A stretch of DNA of 64,000 nucleotides from Camelus ferus (lineage: Eukaryota), in assembly GCF_009834535.1 (NCBI RefSeq), contig NC_045697.1, positions 91,700,001-91,764,000 of the forward strand. The letters are read 5' to 3'. Below, piece by piece: positions 49,137 through 62,719 of the stretch. Below the pieces are notes generated by a model. That model was given only the letters and a program-made list of their open reading frames with translations, was not told the DNA's origin and did not search any database. Each line of letters opens with the position of its first letter. The stretch's first letter is position 1. The position numbers were made by a program, and so were the translations under genes.

Positions 49137-52100
49137 AACAGAGCATACAGGTTCACGAGACAGTATTAGTAATGCAGCAGCTTGAAACTTAATCAGTGCA
49201 CTGCGACTTCTCCCCCATATTTCAGTATCACTTCGGCAAATTGAATTTCAGGCAGTTGTCAGTCCAATGTATTCCCTGTGGTTTCTCCTCTGCAAAATTG
49301 CCTCTTTATTCTATACACTGATGATCATGGAGTAATTGAAATCTGCAGCTGTTTGTCATGCTATTTATACAACTCTGTCTTGTAGCCAGCAACCTTTGTA
49401 TGGTGTGCACTGCAGGTAACAATTAGATCTAGAAACCTCTTTTTGGTTTAACAAGTGAATGATTGGTTTCCCCTAATACTCCTGATTTTGGATACTTTAT
49501 GTGATACCTTGTTTTGTGGGGGAAAGTTCAGCCAAGGTTTAATCACAGTCTATTACAGCAGCACGACTGGGCTTTGCATTCTTTGCTTCCAACGATTGTG
49601 AGACAACTGGAGTGTTAAGAAAAAGGGCTCTCTCCTCAGGGAAGTTGCCCCCCTGATCCCCCAACGATCTGCTCTCCAGCCGTGTCAGATACTGGACTCT
49701 CCAGCTTCTAGTGGTCCTGAAACATTTGCAACAATAGATGTGAAAACACAATTCAGTGTGGAAAAGAAAGTAACGATCCGGGGCATGTGCCACGGCTCAG
49801 GCATGGAACAATGCTTTCTCTTTAGGCTGCTTTGCAACTCAGGACTTCAGCCCCTTGCTCTTTCCCAGTGAACTGTTCCATTATCAAATCTCTCCATAGC
49901 CCTTTTGGGGTTGTTTTGAGGGTCACTACATGATTTTTTTTTTCTGACTGTGAACTCCAAGGGAACATAAACTGCACTTTATTTGGAGCCCAGCAGGTAG
50001 AAAGTGTCTCTTCTCTTCTGCCCCCTATAATAAGTGCTGACAGAAGTGGGAAGCTGTTGCATTCTCCCCTCAGCTGAAAGTAGATGGCTTCACTTTATGT
50101 GTTTCTTCCACCAAAAAAGTGGGCATGATAGCATGAGATGAGAATGGAGGATTTCCTGTTTTTATAAAATGAAAGATGAAATGGCTGGGAAAGAGCTGGG
50201 TCTTTAGAGATCCAAGAGGGAGCTGGTCTTTCTCGTCCCTCCATGCCCCATCAAGAGTCTTCCCTACACATTCCGTCCTCTTTCCAGCATTGAGTGACTG
50301 AGGACCACAATTACCTGCTTTCTAGCTAAGCCCCTTCCCTGCTGTGTGCATTCTTCTCTTCTCTCCCCTCCAGCCCTAAAGATCTCTCCTCCCCCTTGCT
50401 GTTGTGGTATTCAGACACCGACATTGTCTAGAGGTTCTTTGTACAGTTTAAAAGCTACTGAAGGTCAACCTGTGAACAATCTTTTTGTTGTTGCTGTGGA
50501 ATACCAACTGGGTATAGAAAAGAAAAATACTAAGAGAGCTTTTAACGGAATAATCAGCCACAAACATGAATTGCATCTCTACATTGCATAACGAATGCAA
50601 ATAGGAGAACTAAGTTTTGCACTGTTTTGAAATATCAGGGTTTTTTTCTCCAATTTATTGAGAAAGTTGTCTAGCAATTTGACAGTTTTTACTTAGCTAG
50701 TTACTGCCTTCTGGCCAGTGTGTGTATTATACGATAGTGACTGCTCCAAGCAGATGGCTTTGTATGTCCCTACAAGAGCCAACGAAAAATCTGAAATTTA
50801 GTGGATTTTAGTGGATTGATGTTAGCTGGTGATCCTGGGAGTCTCTCTGTAGCATCACTTGGATACATCCTTTATTTCCCTCAAGGCTTCATAAGCATTA
50901 TCCCTCTCAATTCCTTTCAATAATACTTTAGTTCAAATGCCAGTGGAACAAATTCAAGGGCAGAGCTGTAATTAGGGCAGAGGGCATGAAAATTTAGAGG
51001 ATACTCAAATATAAAATGATGTTTAAAAAGACTGCTACATTTACGAGTTTACAGCATATGCACTCCTTCAGCATTACAGGAACAAGTGATCTCAATACCT
51101 ACTTAGCAAGAGTGATTGACTCAAACAGGAGGCTACCAGATGGCTCAGCATTGTTAATAACACCCATCTGAGAGCTGCATCATGAATCACAAAGTTGAGG
51201 GCAAATTTTAAGGCTCCAGGTGGCAAATGTAAAATGAGACTGTTTAAAATCTTTATTTTTTTAAAAAAAGAAATGAATACCAAATTGCAAAGTAGAAACA
51301 CTCCTCACTCTTTTTTGTTATATACCTATTGCTACTTAGTTATATAGAATTTGCTGTAAATTGACTTGTTTTAAACAAACAAACAAAAAAACTGAGTTAT
51401 TTAAAAATGTTGTGCTGTTGGGGGGGGGGTCTTTTCATTTAAATCCTTCCTTCCTCCCTCCCTCTCTTTTTCTTTTTTATCGGTTACAATCGAAACTACA
51501 TGCAGGTGATACTTGGGGAGTCTGTAGGGTTATCACTTTGGGTTTGTGGGTTTCTGTTTTGATGATCTCAGGTAACCCTTTTCATACCACAGAAAGAATC
51601 ATGTTTAATTCCACTTAAAAGTACTTCTCCAAGTTTGAGACTTTCCTAGGTTCCCGTCTGAAGAGGTTCCAGGGTTTCTTAATTAGGAAATCCTGGAAGC
51701 CTGCATGAAGTGGGCCTCTGGAGACCACTCCTTGGACTTCTTAGAAGAAATCTCACTATCCTTCCCCTTTAGGAATTGACTAGACCAAGAGTGAATAAAT
51801 TGATTTCCTGGTCCACCTTTGATCCCTGATTTATTGAATCTATTTAAACTTATGCATGCTTTTTAAAATTATTCTCGTCCGCCTCATGGGTATGTACCAA
51901 AACATTGTCCGGCCAAAGCAGTCTGTGGGTTTTCATTTACATGTGGGCTGAAATCACATTTCTCTGAGCCCCGACCCATTCCACCCATATGGAATTCATC
52001 CCCTCAAAGTTTCCCAGGCTATTTCTGGAAGTCCCTGAATGCGTGTCTCACATCCATGCACAAACACATCCAATATGCTCTCTACTTCCAGGTCCTGGGG

Positions 52101-53189
52101 CCTCTGAGAGTCTCACCTCAGTTGCTGCTCACTGTGCTTACCTTTTGGGTCAAGGGTCTCATCTTTGCCCATTTGCAGGCCTCAGAGGCACAGAGGTGAG
52201 GAGAATTATTTTCTTTTCAACTCTAAGTTATATTTGGTCATTTAGGCTCTACATCATCTCTGTTTATGCCAAAATTTAGATATTAATTACAACTTTTGAG
52301 TGCTTATTAAGTATTATTGGGGTTTTTTGGGGGGGAGGGTCTTTAAAAGCTTTTATGAATTGGTCCTCCTTTCCAGTCCCTCAGCCCCTCTCTGGCTTCT
52401 CATTAAATTCATCTGTCAGTCACGGCCCTCACTCTGTAAGAATTCAAATCTGCTCCAAGGAGCCAGATGGGGGCGCTTTCAGCCCTCTGTCCCTGTCTCC
52501 TGAAGCAGCCTAATCTTCCTGGGGTAATTCATCTTATCCCCCAAACAACCTAATTTCTTTCTTTTCTTTCTTTTTTTTTTTTTTTTCTTTTTTAAACTCT
52601 CTTCTATGCTAACTAGGCCAGGTTGTATTTTCTCCTTGGAAACACAGTAACTTACGTATCTGAAGTCTCTGATAAGTGCTTTGCTTTATATTCTGCACAA
52701 TTAATAGGCTTAGTAGAGTGACTAATATCTCCTAAGAATTGCCTGTTCAAAAGGTAAATTCAAACTTCTTTCAAAACAGAGAACTACTTGAACCTCAGAT
52801 TTGCAGTTTTTCCAGATTCTGCCTTCTCTGTCAGAGACACAGAGACCTTTGGGTCATGTTTCAGACATAGCTTGAGCACTCAGACATCTGGGCTTCCCCA
52901 TCCTTCAGTTGTGTCTCCCAAGCAAATATCTTAGGAATGAGAAGCCTAAAAGCCAGGAATATCGGGTGTCTCCCTGTGTGTGTGTGTGTTTCCCAGGGAA
53001 GTCAAGGACAAGGTCATCACTAGGGCAAGTGCTGCTGATTCTCTATTCACACAGCACAAAAGAGAGCAGGCCGTATGTACTGGTCACGTACTGGTAATAG
53101 AAGATGGACTGACGATCTTGTTTATCCACCTGGGACACTTGATTTCACCTCTGGAACTCAGGTGCAGTGCGTGGACTTTATGACACCAG

Positions 53190-53870
53190 CATCATTCACT
53201 CACTCATTCTTTCATTCACCATATGCATTTATTGTACTGGGTACCAAGCACCCGTGAGTATAGTCAAGAGCAAAATCGTCAGAAATCCCTGTTCTCATGG
53301 AGCTTACAGTTTGGTCAGAGGAGACAGGCAGTAAACAGGGTAAGTAAATGACAGAGTGTGATATTTAGTGATAAGTGCTAAGGAGAAAAATAAAGCAGGG
53401 AAGGGAATACGCAGTGCTGTCGTAGGGTGGGTTGCAGTTTTAAATGGTGATACCCTGAGAAGGAGATGCCTGGGCAAAGATCTGAAGAAGGTGAGCCATG
53501 AAACTACCTGAGAAAAAAAGAATCCACATGGGGGGACAGAAGGGGTGAGGCTGTGGAGGGCTTCCTGTAGGATTCCAGCTTCTCCTGTGAGTGAGGAGGA
53601 AAGAGGCTGGGGGACGGGAGTCCCATTTCTTGGGGCGGGGAGACTGCAAGAGAGGCAGATCCAGGGTGAGGAGGGGTGCCCAGGAGCTTGGCTTTGGTCA
53701 TGTTAAGTCTGAGGTGCACGTAGAGTTGCTGAAGAGGCAGCTGTAGAGTGTCTGCGTGTGTTCAGGGGCGAGAGCAGGGCCGGAGACATCAGGTGGGAGT
53801 CCTCAGAGCAAATGGTGTGTAGAGCCATGAGGTAGGGTGAGGCTCACAAGGGCAGCACCAGGACCTCCTG
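53190..53870 (-). mobile_element. L2a-like LINE 3' region
   Basis: cattcactcactcattc tail, aatccctgttctcatggagcttaca, gataagtgctaaggagaaaaataaagcaggg, gcaaagatctgaagaaggtgag. Confidence 0.85.
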
Positions 53871-53989
53871 GAGTCAGCGTTGGCAGAGTGAAGGTGAGGC
53901 CGGCGGCAAGGCTGGATCCTTTCTTATGGCCCTGTCCACCTGCTGGAACTTGGGCCCAGAGCTCACAGAATTAGATTTAACCAAGGTTG

Positions 53990-54420
53990 GGTCTCCCCAG
54001 GATGGTATGAGGGGAGAAATGAGGGGAGAGAGTGTGCAAAGAGGTGATTATGATCAGGGGTTGTGGAGTTTACCTGTAAACTTGTGGAGGGTAAAAAGAA
54101 TATAAAGGGATGGATTCAAGGAAAAGTGGTGGGGTCATGGAGAGTTGTAGGAGCTGGCATTCTCAAGGAATAAGCTGGAATGATAAGAGGGGAAAATTGG
54201 GGCTTGGGGTGTTTCAACAGAGACTGTAAAAGCCTTGGAGTCATTTGTAATGACATAGTTTATGGTTATCGTTTCAGGGTGGGCTGTGACCCACTTCAAC
54301 TGTTGTGGAATAGGTTTAGGAGTCAAGATCAGCATTATTAAAATGAAACAGGATAAACTGGGGGCATGGAATTAACCTAGAGAGCACGAGCTGTTTGCAT
54401 GTGTTGATCGCTCATTAGTC
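53990..54420 (-). mobile_element. L2 ORF2 upstream remnant
   Basis: Purine-rich reverse-strand L2-like sequence (gaggtgattatgatcagggg, atgacatagtttatggttat, ggagtcaaga). Confidence 0.5.
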
Positions 54421-57400
54421 AACTATGTCATAGATACTTCTATTTTAAAGACCACCATTACAGTGGGTGGAAATAAACACATATGAGAATTTTACACTTA
54501 AAGGAATTTACAATCTATAAAATTTTCATCTGAACCCTGTCCTGAAAGATCTTATTCCTCCTCTAAAAACCTAAGGATATCACCATCTGTGAACTGCGGT
54601 GTTAGGCTTCAGTGAGGATTATGCAAAAAATGAGGTGTGTTGCTTGATGCCTAGTGAACTAAGGAATGAAGTGAGCAAAGACTGCCGATTGTGAGCCGAA
54701 GCCCGCCCTCAGCACACAGCTCCCAGGCGATGGACAGCAGCATATGAATGGCTAAGAGCAGAGGTGAACTTTGAAGCAAATTGCTTTTTTCTTCAAATGT
54801 TCCTTTCTTTCCAAGCTTACTTCAGTGCAGATATGTCTCCTGAATAAGTAAGTTTCAAGGACTAATTTAGAATCTTGGATCCATTCTGTGGATGCTATGC
54901 TGGTCATTGTCAGCAGCACATTTGGGCACCAGAAGATGCCAAAGATGGTTCAGATAGCGGAACAGGGGGGCTAACATTAAGACGGCTTCTTATTCTTCAC
55001 TGGTTTCTTAGAGAAATGTTCTTTCACGTAAAAGGGCCTCCGATGCCCCAGTTTCTTTCTTTCTCATCCTTTAACAGGTAACATGATTAGCTGAATTAAA
55101 ATCAGGAGTAGTATCACATGTGTACAGCACATTGTTATTTTTTGCAGGCTTCTTAAAAAGTAGAGCACGCACGGGAAAAAATGAAAACTGTAAAAAAGAT
55201 ATATACGGAAAAGCCAATTTATTTCTTACTTCTTTCTTACCTCATATTCTTGTTTTGCCTTCATCAGAAATAAGGCAAGATGGTCCTTCTAGGGTCTTCA
55301 TTTGCGATGTTGCCACTCCTGGTTCCTAGTCAGTAGAACTGGTGTGGTGAGTTGTTTTTCTGGGGCAAGAAAATGGGTTACTGATAATCAGACTCTTTTC
55401 CCTTTGGTGGCCAATATCAAGAGTTTAAAAGGTGATGGGCAGAGTGAGGAGCAGAATTCAGGATCCGATCACACCTGGCATCTGGATGTTGTGCCTAGAA
55501 ACTCTGGGGGAACCATATGTAGACAAGCACACCCAAATTGAAATCAGAATGGGATAGTTCCCTGGGATATGAGACTTATTTTCCTCATTAGAAAAAAGGA
55601 AGAATTGGCCTGAGAGGTTATTCTTATTTGGGTGGAAACTTTAAAAAGCCAATGATGCAGACAGTCCTCATTAAAATACCACCTGTGTGCTTCAGTCCTC
55701 TTGGGAAAACTACCAACACCAAGAAAGGGTCGAGCCGGCTCGGGAAATTCTAAATCACATCAATTATTCTTATGCAGCCCCAGAATCCAGTTTTTGGTTT
55801 AAAAGGTTGAAACTTGCTAAGGATTTTTTTGCTCTTGCTGTGTGGACCCCAGTGAGAAGGTATTATAAAAGGTTATTGCAGCCGGGTCTGAGAAAGTCCT
55901 GTCGATTGAGAGGGAAGAAAATGCAAGTAGACATTATAAAAGATTACTTTCTGTGCTGCTAATGATCACTTTTGGTTTTGGTTTTCCTGAACATTCAGGA
56001 AAGAAAGAGAGCTCACAGGAAAGGAATTTGTTGCAAAAGAATAATTGCCCAGTACATTACACAGCACAGTAGGGTTGTAATGAGTACGAGAAAGTGCAAT
56101 ATGTAACCAACCCTCAGAGTTCCAGGAATAGTTTGATTCAACTTCTTATACAGAATGCTGAGCAACCAGATACTTTTGCCCAAAGGATCAGACTGCAATT
56201 GTTTTGAAAGTTTCTTGGGGGAAATGCAATTAGTGACAAGATTTAATAAAGCCACAACAACTGAATGTGATGATGAGCCCCCATTCTTTTGTTCTTTCCA
56301 TGTAATGTAAGAAAATAGCAAGAAAACGATTACATTATAACTAAATGAATTAAACAAAGCTCCAAAACATAAATTAGAATTTAACTATGCCATTAAAAAC
56401 TAATTTAATTTGCAAGCCATTATTACTAGATAATAAAGACCCATTGCAAAATGTACAACAATATCTTGTGAACATGTGAAAAAAAAAAAACAAGTAATAA
56501 ATCTCATTGAGCAGATGAGTTTCTGTTACATTAGCAGATAAAAATGCTGAATGGATGTTTCAGGATATAATGAAAACCAGCAAGTATTGGAGCAATTGGT
56601 TTGCTTAATTTTTTTGGAGGAGGGGGTGTGTGTCATAAATGGTTTTATAGTTAAAGGAAGGCCTCAGGGAAAGTTAGAGAAGCACAGTGTATGGATTTGG
56701 TACAATAAAACCTACTCTCAAACCAAGACAAAGAAAAGACATTTAAATATTCTGTTCATCAGCATAAGAAATTTATCATCTACTCCATTCAAGTGCCAAT
56801 AATATTTTGTTTTAGCTAATTGAAAATCTGGTGAAAAATGCTGCCTTGTTTGTATAGTGTATCCTATTAAATTGAACTGGAAATAACAAGGTATATATAA
56901 AAAATCCAAGTGATGAGAATAAAAAATATGTTTAGTTCCGGGGTTACTATTTTAAAACTTACTAAGAAAATATCATTAACATTTCCTCATCTGATTAAAA
57001 TACAATACAGATGAGTTTCAGAAAATTCATTTTATTGGAAATGAGTTTTAAATTATGTTCTCTAATAAAGTAGCTGACGATAAGTATCTTTTCCCTACCT
57101 GGACTTTTATTGCTGGAAAAGTGGAGTGTGGGCCTGCAGGTAGAATCCAGTACCCTTTTACTGACAGTCATCCTGGAGTGCTGCCAGCAGATGGCAGTAT
57201 AACCCTGCTTTTCTAGTCTGGCCTGCTTCAGCATTTAAAATTATTATAACAATTTTTATGGCATCACAGCATTAATATACAGTGGAGATGAAAGCTTTTA
57301 CCCTGGCTGTGTCACTCCATCTGAGGCTGTGCAGTGACTCTGGGTGGTAATCGGCTTCTGAACAGAGACCCGACTGTCTCTTCCACATGGTGATGCTCCT

Positions 57401-57481
57401 GTGTAGATTTTCACAAGCTAAATTATTGTGGTCATGCTTTTATTAAATTGATGGGGATTTGATACAGTTGGACATACTCAC

Positions 57482-57829
57482 TGTTATGGACTGGATGTTC
57501 ATGTCACTTCCCGCTTCCCTCCACCCCCCATTCATGTGTCCAAGCCCTAACCCTGATTGTGTTGGTATTAGAAGGTGAGGAATTTGGAGAGGTAAGTAGG
57601 TTTACATGAAGTCATGAGAGTGGATACCCCATCGTGGGATGTATGCCCTTAGAAGAGGAGGAAGAGACACCAGAGTTTCTCTCTCTACTATGTGAGGATC
57701 CAGCAAGAAGGCGGCTATCTGCACCTTGATCTTGGACTCCTAGCCTCCATAACTGTGAGAAATAAGCACCTCTGGTTTAAGCCACTCATCTCTGGTATTT
57801 TGTTACAGCAGCTCGAGCTGACTGAGACA
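57482..57829 (+). mobile_element. MLT1A-type solo LTR with an internal deletion
   Basis: tgttatggactggatgtt...aactgtgagaaataag...tggtattttgttacagcagctcgagctgactgagaca. TSD CTCAC/CTCAT (4/5). Confidence 0.9.
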
Positions 57830-57919
57830 CTCATTTATGTTTACACTGTCATGAAATTTTAACATTAAAAAAGGTTAACGTGTGGCTTAAACGTCATCTT
57901 GCCTCTGCAGCAGTTCCTC

Positions 57920-58135
57920 AGTTACCCCTCTGGGCTGGCGCTCTTCTATGCTGCATTTTCCTGTTTATAGGCCTTGAGACTTACTGTTTTCTCTTGAGAT
58001 TTTCTGTGTATGTATTTGCTTTTTCACTAGACTGTAGGCTTCCCAAGGACAGTGCTACCTTTTAGTTCTTGAAACCTGGCATTCCACCCACTGTTGGGCA
58101 TTTTCTAGTCACTCAAAAGGATTTGTTGAACAAGT
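57920..58135 (+). mobile_element. L2 3' end
   Basis: cactagactgtaggcttcccaaggacag...actcaaaaggatttgttgaa. Confidence 0.65.
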
Positions 58136-61100
58136 CTTGTCTGAAGGGTCACAGGATGAAAGTTTTTAAATGTTGCCCCATTTTAGAGCAGCTCAGTGAT
58201 GTGTTTAAGGAGAAGCCAGGAATTCTTGCCTTACAAAATGAAGCCAGCCTCCTAACTTTAATTTTGCTGAGCATACAAACAAGAAACTTTAGTGATCACA
58301 GTAATTAATAGACAATGATATATTGAGTTGCATTGCCCAACTCTGAAATGGGGCCACATTCTAGCATAGCAACTTTCTTACAGTTCATTACCAAGAATGA
58401 AAAATTTTAAATCTAATGAAATGGCAGAGGAGACAGAACATCAATACTAAGGTGAAATGAACCTTTAAATGCAGAATTATCAACAAATGTACTATTGATT
58501 TGGGGAGAATAGTCATAGATACAGTCATTTATTTGAAAAACCACTTACTTTTTATAAATGATTTATTGCAGAAGAAGTGAGGAAAGGCTGTATTTCATTT
58601 CAAAATTCTGGATGCAAGGGATGAAGTAATTATCCAAATGACCCTTATGTGGACTACATTTCCTTTATTTATATTACTTTTAATGTCCTATCATTCTTTA
58701 TTAGATTATGTATTGATGACATCTTAAAATTTCTAAGTTGAAAGACTCCATCTATAAACTGTTATTAATGAGAAAATGTTTACTGAGCCCCTGGGACCTT
58801 TAGCTGGAGAACATTTTCCCCACAACTCAAGTTTGCTTGTCTCCACAACCAAATTTACTGCCTTCATATGGCAAAGAGGAGCGCCGGTGCCGTGCTTCTC
58901 CCATTCCTCACTGCACTAGCGTCTTGTTGGTACCAGTTCCGGGACCCTCTTGTCTTTAAAGGAGATGGATTCTTCCTGGCAGAGGATGTTCCTTTCGACG
59001 CTCGGGCAGACAGTGTGGATTAGAGGGCCAGGGTGAGTGTGCTCTGCTCACGCCGTGATGACTTACTGCTCTGCAGCGCTCACGTTCACTCTCTCAGGTC
59101 TCAGCCCCGGCGGATCTTTCCACATCCTTCACTTACTCATAAAAGGGAAGGAAGAGGCTGCTCAATTTGAAACACAAACTTTGCCTCGCCTGTCCTTCAG
59201 CAGTTGAAAAGTGGCTTGCAATTTATTTCTAGTGATTTGGATTAACACAGGCCCAGCGAATAGTTAAGGCTTTGTCATAAATGCTCATTTTTCAGAGAGG
59301 AAAATGGAGGCGATCACTGAGTGACCCACGTGTTGTAGAAATGAGGAGGAGCCTCACCTACTTACCTCTGTTTCTAAGGATCAAATGAAAAACGGAAATT
59401 AAAAAAATGCTCTGCATTTGAGTATTTATTCACATTGTGATTGTTACTATCGTTGAGTACAGGCCTTGGGAGCAGAAAAATCAAATGTCATCCATCCAAG
59501 TCATAGGCCTGATTATTTGAGGAACAGTGACTCTAGTCAGTTGCAACTTATCAACTTGTGTCATTACGACATGAATATTCCCTGATTCCTCTGCCTTTTA
59601 CAGAGAAACAAAATAGACCACACTTCATTGAAACCCAAACTGCCAGGACCATCCTCAGAGATCCTCACCCCCTACCACTGCTCTTCTGTGTTCAGGAGAG
59701 AGGGGTGGGTTAGGAGGGTGGGTGCACTGTGTGGGAAATCATTTTCTCTTGTTCTGGCCTTCTTAGTGGCCACGGTCATCAGCAGCAGGGAATGGTTGTT
59801 AATCTAGAGGCTCCTGCTTATTTTTTTTCACAGCATTAATTTCCACTAAAGAAGCCAGCTTGGCATTCGCCTGTTCCTAATAGGGGCAATTCTGCATGCA
59901 GGCGGTGGGGTCTAGCAGCAGGTTCTGCTATTTCTTCTCCGTCCTGGTGGTACGTTGGTGCTGCTCCTCATGGAGTTAAACTGAAGTAGGGAAATGTGAA
60001 AAGAAAGCTCAAAGATGCTGTCTTGTATGGAACATAATGCACAGTTATAACAAACAGAGCTCGATAAAATACCAGCAGCAGGGAGCACGGTTATTTATTG
60101 CTTCAAGGGAAAATCAAGCAAAATAGCTACAAATTGTTTAAAATACTTCCCCCCCCCCCATCTTTCTTGAGTTTCAGTCTCTTTGGCTCTGAAACAGAAA
60201 AAGACCTTTGTTATTTCCCAAGCCAAGATTTGCCTTCCTTGGTGTGCACTGCCTGCCTTGGCTTCATGTGAAGGAACGCACTTAAAGCAAATTCTGAGAG
60301 CAATTACTTCAGAACCACCACAAAACACGCGTGCACCCCCACAAAGCCAAGTGGACACCTCTGGGTGGATGCACGTCCGGGAGTCTTAGTGTGGGAGCCC
60401 TGGCTGGGGAGCTGTCTCATTCTTGTGCTGGACTGCACTCCTGCTTTCCACCTTTCCTTGGGGCATCAGCCGGGATCCTGGGGATGCCCTCTCTAGTTTC
60501 CTGGACGATATTAAAGAGTTAGAAGAGTCGAGTACTGTGTCAAGGGAAAAAACAAACAAACAAACAAAAACATTGGAAGAAATGTCAGATAGTGTGGAGA
60601 ACCTCCAATTTCTGTCTTCTTCCAAACCCTGTCGTGGGTTTCCACCATGTCTGATCCACAGTGCATCATTCCATCATTATACAGGACAGTCACAGGCTTG
60701 TTTATGCAGAGGCATGGCCACCTGGCAGAGAGCTGTGCACCCCATGGGTCATCTAAAAATAATCAGTGCTTTGCTGACATGGCCAACTTCAAAGACTCCA
60801 GTAACTAAGAGGAAAGTTGCGTCTGCTAGGCTGGAGGTGTGTCTATAATGTCAGAGACTCTGTGGAAATGGCCCCGTTCAGTGACTGCATAGGGAATCCC
60901 AAGTCACCAGTGAAGCAGCATGTATTATGCTGGTAATGTGTTCTACAGTCTTCACTCCTTCTCATAAGAATATAAGGTCAATTTGAGTAAAGTTATTGAA
61001 AGTGGAGAATAGAGGGATATGGAGTAAATGACAGGGACTGGCAATGTACAGAGACTAGTAATAACCAAACATGAAATTTATATGTCTTCAGGCTGCTGGG

Positions 61101-61714
61101 GGTTATATTAGTAAGCATAGTGTGCTGCTGATATTAGATGTTTGCAATTAATCCTCAAATAAATGTTAAGAAAAGCAAAGATCTAAAAGAACTGCTCCAA
61201 GTCCAATTTAGAGACCATCTGCTGTAACATATACTGGGTTAGAACCCTCAGACCTGGCCAAGAAGCTGGACAAACCTTTGAAGTGCAGATGTTGCTATTT
61301 GACAAACTCAGTAATGCAAAACATTGGTTTGTTTAGCTTCCTTAAGTAGGAGCAGGATAAAATATTTTGCAGAAATGAATGAGTAAGAATGTGGTGATAA
61401 CCCTTATCAAAACATTGAGAATGACTGCCTAAAATAACACAGATAGTAAATGGCAGAGGAGTTAAGGCAAATGCAGAAACTGAGTATTACTCAGCTAAAG
61501 CCAGTTGTGATGTTTCTGAACAACATTTTTTTTTTCCCCACATGAATTAACTGTTCGGATATCTTATCCAGCTGGACAATTGCCATGCTTTGGTATCAGT
61601 TAGGGATACAATGTCTTTTTGTGGTACTTATATTTTTCAAGCCTAGGTTATTGCTGTGTGTTTCGTTAGTAGGGTCCATTCTGTTATTACAAAAATTGAC
61701 CACAGATGACAATT

Positions 61715-62240
61715 TCATTCAGTCCACAAGTACTGTGTGAATATATGCTTAGGACTGTTGGGGTTACAAAAATGTTTGGTCCCTGTTCTCAAGGAGTTTA
61801 TAGCTTAGTAGAGATATTAAAAAAAGAGGCTTATAAATAATGAATCATTCAAAGAAGCATGTAGTTAGTGCCAAAAGTTAGATCCGGTAGGTTTGGGGCA
61901 GCCCCGCATAAACCTGGAAGCCGTAGAGTAGATCTTTAGTCACATGCCAGTGGGTTGAACTTAGCTGGCTACATAACTTTTCTCAAATTTCATTTATTTA
62001 AAATGGATATTATAATGTTTATGTGAGTATCAAATGGTATAATTTATAAAGAAGTGCTTTGTAATGCACTTTGCTACATTCAAGACTACTTTGAGGATTC
62101 AGAGGACAAGGTTGCATCTGGTTGAGAGACTTCAGTAAGAGAAGTATTTAATCAGCAGCCTTGAATGGAAGGTTGGATTTCAAACGTAGGCGGTAGGGTT
62201 GGGGACATTTCAGCCTAAAGGAACATACAATTAGAAAAGA
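61715..62240 (-). mobile_element. L2 3' region interrupted by a plus-strand MIR (~61890-62080); L2 seems to resume after ~63750
   Basis: ttcattcagtccacaag...ggtccctgttctcaaggagtttatagcttagt. MIR part: tttcatttatttaaaatgg...aagtgctttgtaa. Confidence 0.6.
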
Positions 62241-62246
62241 CTGAGA

Positions 62247-62678
62247 TTTTTTTCTTTTTTTTCAATTGAAATCTAGTTGCTGTACAATATTATACAAGTT
62301 ACCGGTGTGCACTATAGTGATTCACAATTTTTAAAGCTTACACTCCATTTACAGTTATTGCAAAATATTGTCTGTATTTTCTGTGTTGTACAGTACATCC
62401 GTGAGCCAATCTTATGCCCAGTACTTTGTACCTTCTACTCTTTGGCCCTATATTGTCCCTCTCCCAACCCTCTCCCCACTGGTAACTACTAGTTTGTTCT
62501 CTGTATCTGTAAGGCTGCTTCTTTTTTGTTATATTTTTCAGATTCCACATGTGAGTAATATCATACAGTATTTGTCTTTCTCTGTCTGACATTTCACTTA
62601 GAATAAGGCCCTCCAAGTCCATCCATGTTGCTGCAAATGGCAAAATTTTGTTCCGTTTTAGGGTAGAGTAAGTATTCC

Positions 62679-62719
<41 letters not shown>

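Noticed and set aside
49539..49793. 84-aa minus-strand ORF with a possible acceptor (tgtttcag)
   Set aside because: No recognisable homology and a weak pyrimidine tract. A chance ORF is the simpler explanation.
54709..54740. REST/RE1 site (TCAGCAC...GGACAG)
   Set aside because: The left half-site is imperfect and the spacer is far longer than canonical.
56910..56994. C/D-box snoRNA (GTGATGA...CTGA)
   Set aside because: Only a 2-bp terminal stem, very AT-rich, and no recognisable rRNA/snRNA guide. Such box pairs arise by chance.
60423..60848. 141-aa ORF
   Set aside because: TTG start, includes an (AAAC)n tract, and has no recognisable domain or supporting splice structure.
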